A stretch of DNA of 64,000 nt, taken from Gavia stellata (lineage: Eukaryota). Positions 59,777 to 64,000 of the stretch are shown piece after piece. The position numbers and the translations under genes were made by a program. The notes beneath the pieces are model-generated. The model saw nothing but the letters and a program-made list of their open reading frames with translations. It made no database searches and was not told where the DNA came from. Every line of letters starts with the position of its first letter. Positions within the stretch are counted from its first letter, which is position 1. Location: positions 19,458,879 through 19,522,878 of the forward strand of contig NC_082594.1 of assembly GCF_030936135.1 (NCBI RefSeq). Reading direction: 5' to 3'.

Positions 59777-61400
59777 CTACTCCCGGCTCCTGTTCCACAT
59801 TTGATTTGATTTCATGCTCTGAATGACAGCCTGCCTTCCGTTTTGGTTTCAGTGAAGGAAACAGTTTCATCATCAAGTTTGATATAGGAGGTCCATTTGA
59901 ATCACTGTCCACTTCTGACTCTTTGGACATTTCATCTCCCCTCTTTGAGGCAACTTTTCTCTTTATTGCTTTATCTGGGACAGCTGTATCATTCTTACTG
60001 GAAAAGTCCATCTGTAAAGGTATTTTAGTATATTTTTCAGGTAAATCACTGTTAACATAATTTTCATCAAGATCACTCCATGTTCTTTCATCATCAAACT
60101 CAAACTTCCTCCTACTTATACAAGACATGCTTCTCTGGTTGGAAGATTTTCTGATCTGTTGCTTTGACAGTGTACTGCAATCTTTGTCTGACAAGCCAAG
60201 GTCAGCATCTCTGTTTTCACTTTCTTTGCTGATGTCTGTAACAGAACCTCCATAATCAAGAAATTCTGCATCACTTTCTCTATGGCTCATACAGGATTTT
60301 TTAGCATCTTCATTTTCATGCTTTACTGTGGTCTCAAATTCACTCTCAGAATCTGTAGTACTATCACCATTGCCCTCACCCTTATCTTCATTTACAATCC
60401 ATTGATTACTTTTTAAAGCAGAAGCTGCTGTCATCGAAGAAGCTGAAAATATTACATTGTCCGTTTTAGTCAATGGATCCTTCATTCTAAAAGCTGTTCC
60501 TGAATTTGAGACTGTATGCATAAGTGCTCTATCATTTGTATTTCCCTGTGGCATACAGTCTGCCTTTTTATTTTTTTTATTTATAAGCTCAACAGCCAGC
60601 GCCCTTACTTGCTGTTGTTTTGCCTTGACAGGGGTAGAAGACATTCTACGGCCTTTTAAAGTTTGCTGATCTTGATCTAAGATCCTTTGCACAAATGAGG
60701 AATTACTTGAGAAAGAGATTTCATCTGCAGCTTGTTCTAGAAACAAAAATTCATCTAATTCTAGATTCTCTTTTTCTTTTTCTTTTTCCCAATTTTCCAG
60801 CTTATTCTGAAATGAAACTTCAAAAGACAGTTCTGAATCTTTTACAGGGTGACCTACAGGACATTTAGAATTAGAAAAGGCACTGGCCAGCTCACAAGAC
60901 AACTGAGGCTTTTCTGTGCCAGGTAATTTGTTTACAATTTTGCCAGTGTTAGACTTAGCAAATTCTACTATGTTCTCTTTATTTTCTATTTTGTTGTTAA
61001 TTTCTGATGGGAAAGAATCTCTCCTCTGTCCCTCATGATTTTTTCGTGGTTGCATTCTTGTTTCTAATGGCAAGATATTTTTTCCATTGTGATTCCTGAG
61101 TACCAGGGTCTTCTGAATAGGGCAATGTTTTGATTTATCAGGGTGGTTATATTTTTTACATGGTGCAAAAGGGTTCTCAGAAACCAGTTCTTTGCCAGGT
61201 GGCATCATTTTCTTCTGTATTTGTGATCTGTCCACCTTAATAACATTTCTGTCATCTGCAGCCCTTTGTTGAAGTTTTGGGGTGTCTTCTCCAAGTTTTG
61301 TAATTTTAGATTTGGCATTAGTGAATCTTGTTAAGCCTTCTCCTCTTTTCAGGAAGGGTCGTTTGATCACTGGTTTTTGAATGGCTGATCTATTTGTCTC
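59777..61400 (-). CDS. CENPJ: CENPJ large central coding exon, ~541 codons (ETNRSAIQKPVIKRPFLKRGEGLT ... SNVEQEPGV-)
   Basis: ORF 59763..61472 (-, 569 aa, open). Acceptor ccttaccccttttcag|gagaca (complement at 61401-61406). The donor taken is the second GT (gga gta g|gtagga), because only it gives the phase the next exon needs. Ser/Lys/Glu-rich low-complexity sequence, like the large exon 7 of human CENPJ. Confidence 0.8.
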
Positions 61401-61654
61401 CTGAAAAGGGGTAAGGAAAAGTAAAACACAAAATGTTAAAAAGCCCTTTACAGAGTCTGAAGATTTCTTCAAATAAACCCCACATATGAGTAGGAGTTTA
61501 CATAGTACATTTCTACTGGATTTCTAAAGACATCTTAAACAAGTGAAATATTTGAGACTTACTGTTTTAAGAATGTGAATATTGCATTCAGTGTTAGCTT
61601 TTGATGCTAGAATCTTCCTTGCACATTTTTAAAGCACCTATCGCATCTTCACAC

Positions 61655-61672
61655 TATATATATATATATATA
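61655..61672. repeat. (TA)n microsatellite
   Basis: cacactatatatatatatatataaaaag. Confidence 0.85.
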
Positions 61673-61708
61673 AAAAGAACAATAAAGTTAAAAAAATAAA
61701 TAAATAAC

Positions 61709-61814
61709 CTGTAACTTCTGGTTTTGCTCCAGACGCTGCTCTTCTAGTTGTATCTGTTCTTCCAGGAATTCTTCAAATGTCCGTTTCTTCTCCTGAATCG
61801 CAGCTTTAATAGGT
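61709..61814 (-). CDS. CENPJ: CENPJ coding exon ([35 protein letters not shown])
   Basis: Acceptor ttatactag|acctat; donor ttacag|gttatt; phase joins ...TNTEE-R-PIK and ...KLQ-ETNRS. Confidence 0.75.
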
Positions 61815-63354
61815 CTAGTATAATTAAAAAAAACCCCAAGTCTTAACATTTCCATATAAAATAACTGTGTTTAACATCCCTGCTATTCAAAGACCTAAGG
61901 TGTAATTACATAAAAGATGACAAATTATGAGGTATTTTTGTCATTAAGTGTCAAAGTTAATCTGAGAAATGCATTAAAACACTAGCTGTTTACCTTTTGA
62001 GATATGGTTTATCAAATCCCTGCTATAGTTAATATACATATCTAAAAGATACTGTATGCAGGTTTTGCTGTTTCTTCTTTCATTGGTTTTCTCAATGACC
62101 CTTTCTTCTCCCCAGATCACCAAACCTTCTTCCGTATTTTAGTCATACTTCCCATTTCTACAGTACCACCTTCCCAATCAGCAATGCTACTGAGATCATG
62201 TTCCTTATCTCCCCCCCTTTGATACTCCTCCTCCTTTGCAGGAGTACTTGGTCTGGCTGGGATGGAGTGAGCTTTCTTCATAGCAGTTCATAGAATGCTG
62301 CATTTTGGATTTGTGACTACAACAGTGTTGGTAAGACACCAATGTTTTAGTTATTACTGAACACTGTTCGCACAGCATCAAAGCTTTCTTTGGTTTTTCA
62401 TGCCCCCAGCAAGTAGGCTGGGGGTGAACAGGCTGAGAGAGTAGACAGCCAGAACAGCTGACCCAAATTGACCAAAGGGATATTCCATGCCATAGAACAT
62501 CATGTTCACCAGTAAAAACTGGGGGCTTGGTCTTCCAAAAGTAACTGTTGCTTAGAGATCAAGTAGGCATCGGTCTGCTTGTGGGAGGTGAAGGGTGACT
62601 GCCTTTGCATTACTTGGGTTTTTTTCCCCTCTTTCCTTTACTTATCAAAGTGTTTTTATCTCAACCCACAAGTTTTCTCAAGTTTGCTCCTCTGATACCC
62701 TCTCCCATTCTGCTCTGGGTGACAGAGTGAGCAAGCAACTGAGTGGATGCTTAGTTGCTGGCTGCACTCAACCCACCACAGCCTGGAACAAGTATTTCTT
62801 GGTTTTGTGATGACCCAGCAGACAAGGCTGAGCTTTAAAACAATGCCAACCACTACTTTTGTTTATCAATTCCATAAACAAAGCTTTTACCATACATGAG
62901 AAGGCTTCTGCCACGAGCACTATTATTACTCCTTAGCAGTATACAGATATTTAAACAAACATAATTCCTGGTAATAGACTCAAAACTCACAGCCTTACAC
63001 TCCTCCTTCATGTTACTACTTTCACCACGTAACAGTGGCTAGGAGTTTGTAAGAAATCAAACCAGGAACAGTAATTGTAACTGCTCCTATACTAAGCTAT
63101 AGTAAAACGTGCTTCTGAACTATCATTACCCCAGGTTGCACACACCTCTTCAGCCAATGCACATTACATCTTTCACAGCATAAGCAATTTCAAGCCAGGG
63201 CCTCTCTTACTACAGGTCTCCACAGTACCTACCAAAATGGAATCCTTGGTTGAGAAAGCTACACAAATTGAGAATATCAGACTCTTTCAATCAGGACTCA
63301 GAATTCAACCAAACTCATTATTTGACAAAAACTGCATAATAATGGTCTGAATTA

Positions 63355-63500
63355 CCTTTCCTCTGTATTAGTCCACAAATATTTTCCTCCACTGGAATTT
63401 TCAGAGAGATCTGCACTGTCCACACATAAAGGATCAATGTGATGACCTCCACTCTCCATTAATATTTCCATCTTTTGTTCTGTACACCACATGTTTTTTC
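63355..63500 (-). CDS. CENPJ: CENPJ coding exon (-KNMWCTEQKMEILMESGGHHIDPLCVDSADLSENSSGGKYLWTNTEE-)
   Basis: 3' part of ORF 63352..63702 (-); acceptor tttcatag|gaaaaaac; donor gaaag|gtaatt. Further 5' exons lie beyond the window. Confidence 0.65.
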
Positions 63501-64000
63501 CTATGAAATTAATAGAAAATAAGATGAGATGCATTCCTTGTTGTTTAGCTTTTGTAAAAAAATCACTGTCTTGTGTATGTGGAGAAACAATGGGAACATA
63601 AGCTCTGCCTTCAAAGATATTCTGATAACCAGATGATGGCAATTGGTGTAAAGATGTTAAGTCCACTGAACACCCAAGTCTTAGCTTTTGACTTTCAGCC
63701 ATTAGAGCATAGCCTTGAAATAAAAAGAAAAAAATGGCTGTGTCAGTGTATTTGTATTACAACACCACTGTTCCACAGGAGAAAAGAAATGGCACTGAAG
63801 GGCAAGATTGATCACCCAGCCTCCATCCTTATGTTACTGATCAAGAATAAGTGATTAGGCAATCTGGATTTTGTTCTCATAAGGCTAAGCCCTAAATTCA
63901 TTTTCTCAGGTAGGCAGAGAGAAAGAAAGATAATAATTTAAGTCAGGTGTGACTGATACTGCCAACAACTCTAAAAGCTTTTTCCAGCCCAGCACTGTCC

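Noticed and set aside
63478-63482. Apparent extra T at the 63480/63481 line junction that would put a stop codon (..TRTKDGNINGEWRSSH*) in the CENPJ exon at 63355-63500
   Set aside because: The supplied ORF track, computed from the same sequence, reads straight through this point (..WCTEQKMEILMESGG..) to 63352. So this is my own single-base transcription slip at a homopolymer across a line break. I therefore treat all my coordinates as +/-1-2 nt, and I treat the similar G-box frame break at ~52744 with caution.

Overview
This window is vertebrate nuclear DNA, almost certainly avian (chicken-like): it is AT-rich, has introns, and carries several CR1 (chicken repeat 1) LINE fragments. It is not prokaryotic. 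The many short 'M...' ORFs in the six-frame track mostly start at alternative start codons and are intron noise. I found no novel or undescribed biological system here; the window reads as an ordinary gene region. Two protein-coding genes lie tail-to-tail. (1) On the + strand, about 31 coding exons run from ~1.2 kb to 49.0 kb. They encode a multi-Tudor-domain protein that I identify as RNF17 (TDRD4). Exon after exon matches the human RNF17 peptide ([64 protein letters not shown]...[14 protein letters not shown], the C-terminal MGLAD.DE*), and the CENPJ neighbour matches human 13q12 synteny. The 5' RING-finger exons lie upstream of the window. The stop codon is at ~49043 and an AATAAA at ~49366. 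(2) On the - strand, the 3' two-thirds of CENPJ (CPAP): the large Ser/Lys-rich exon (59.8-61.4 kb), coiled-coil exons, then the C-terminal TCP10/G-box repeat exons (YPDG / FPDGT / FNNGQ motifs) ending ...[16 protein letters not shown] with the stop at ~51882. The 5' end continues beyond 64 kb. Introns carry CR1 fragments in both orientations, one candidate solo LTR, microsatellites and short tandem duplications. No rRNA, tRNA, CRISPR or other prokaryotic features are present. Exon coordinates were derived by hand from splice motifs and reading-frame continuity and may be off by 1-3 nt.
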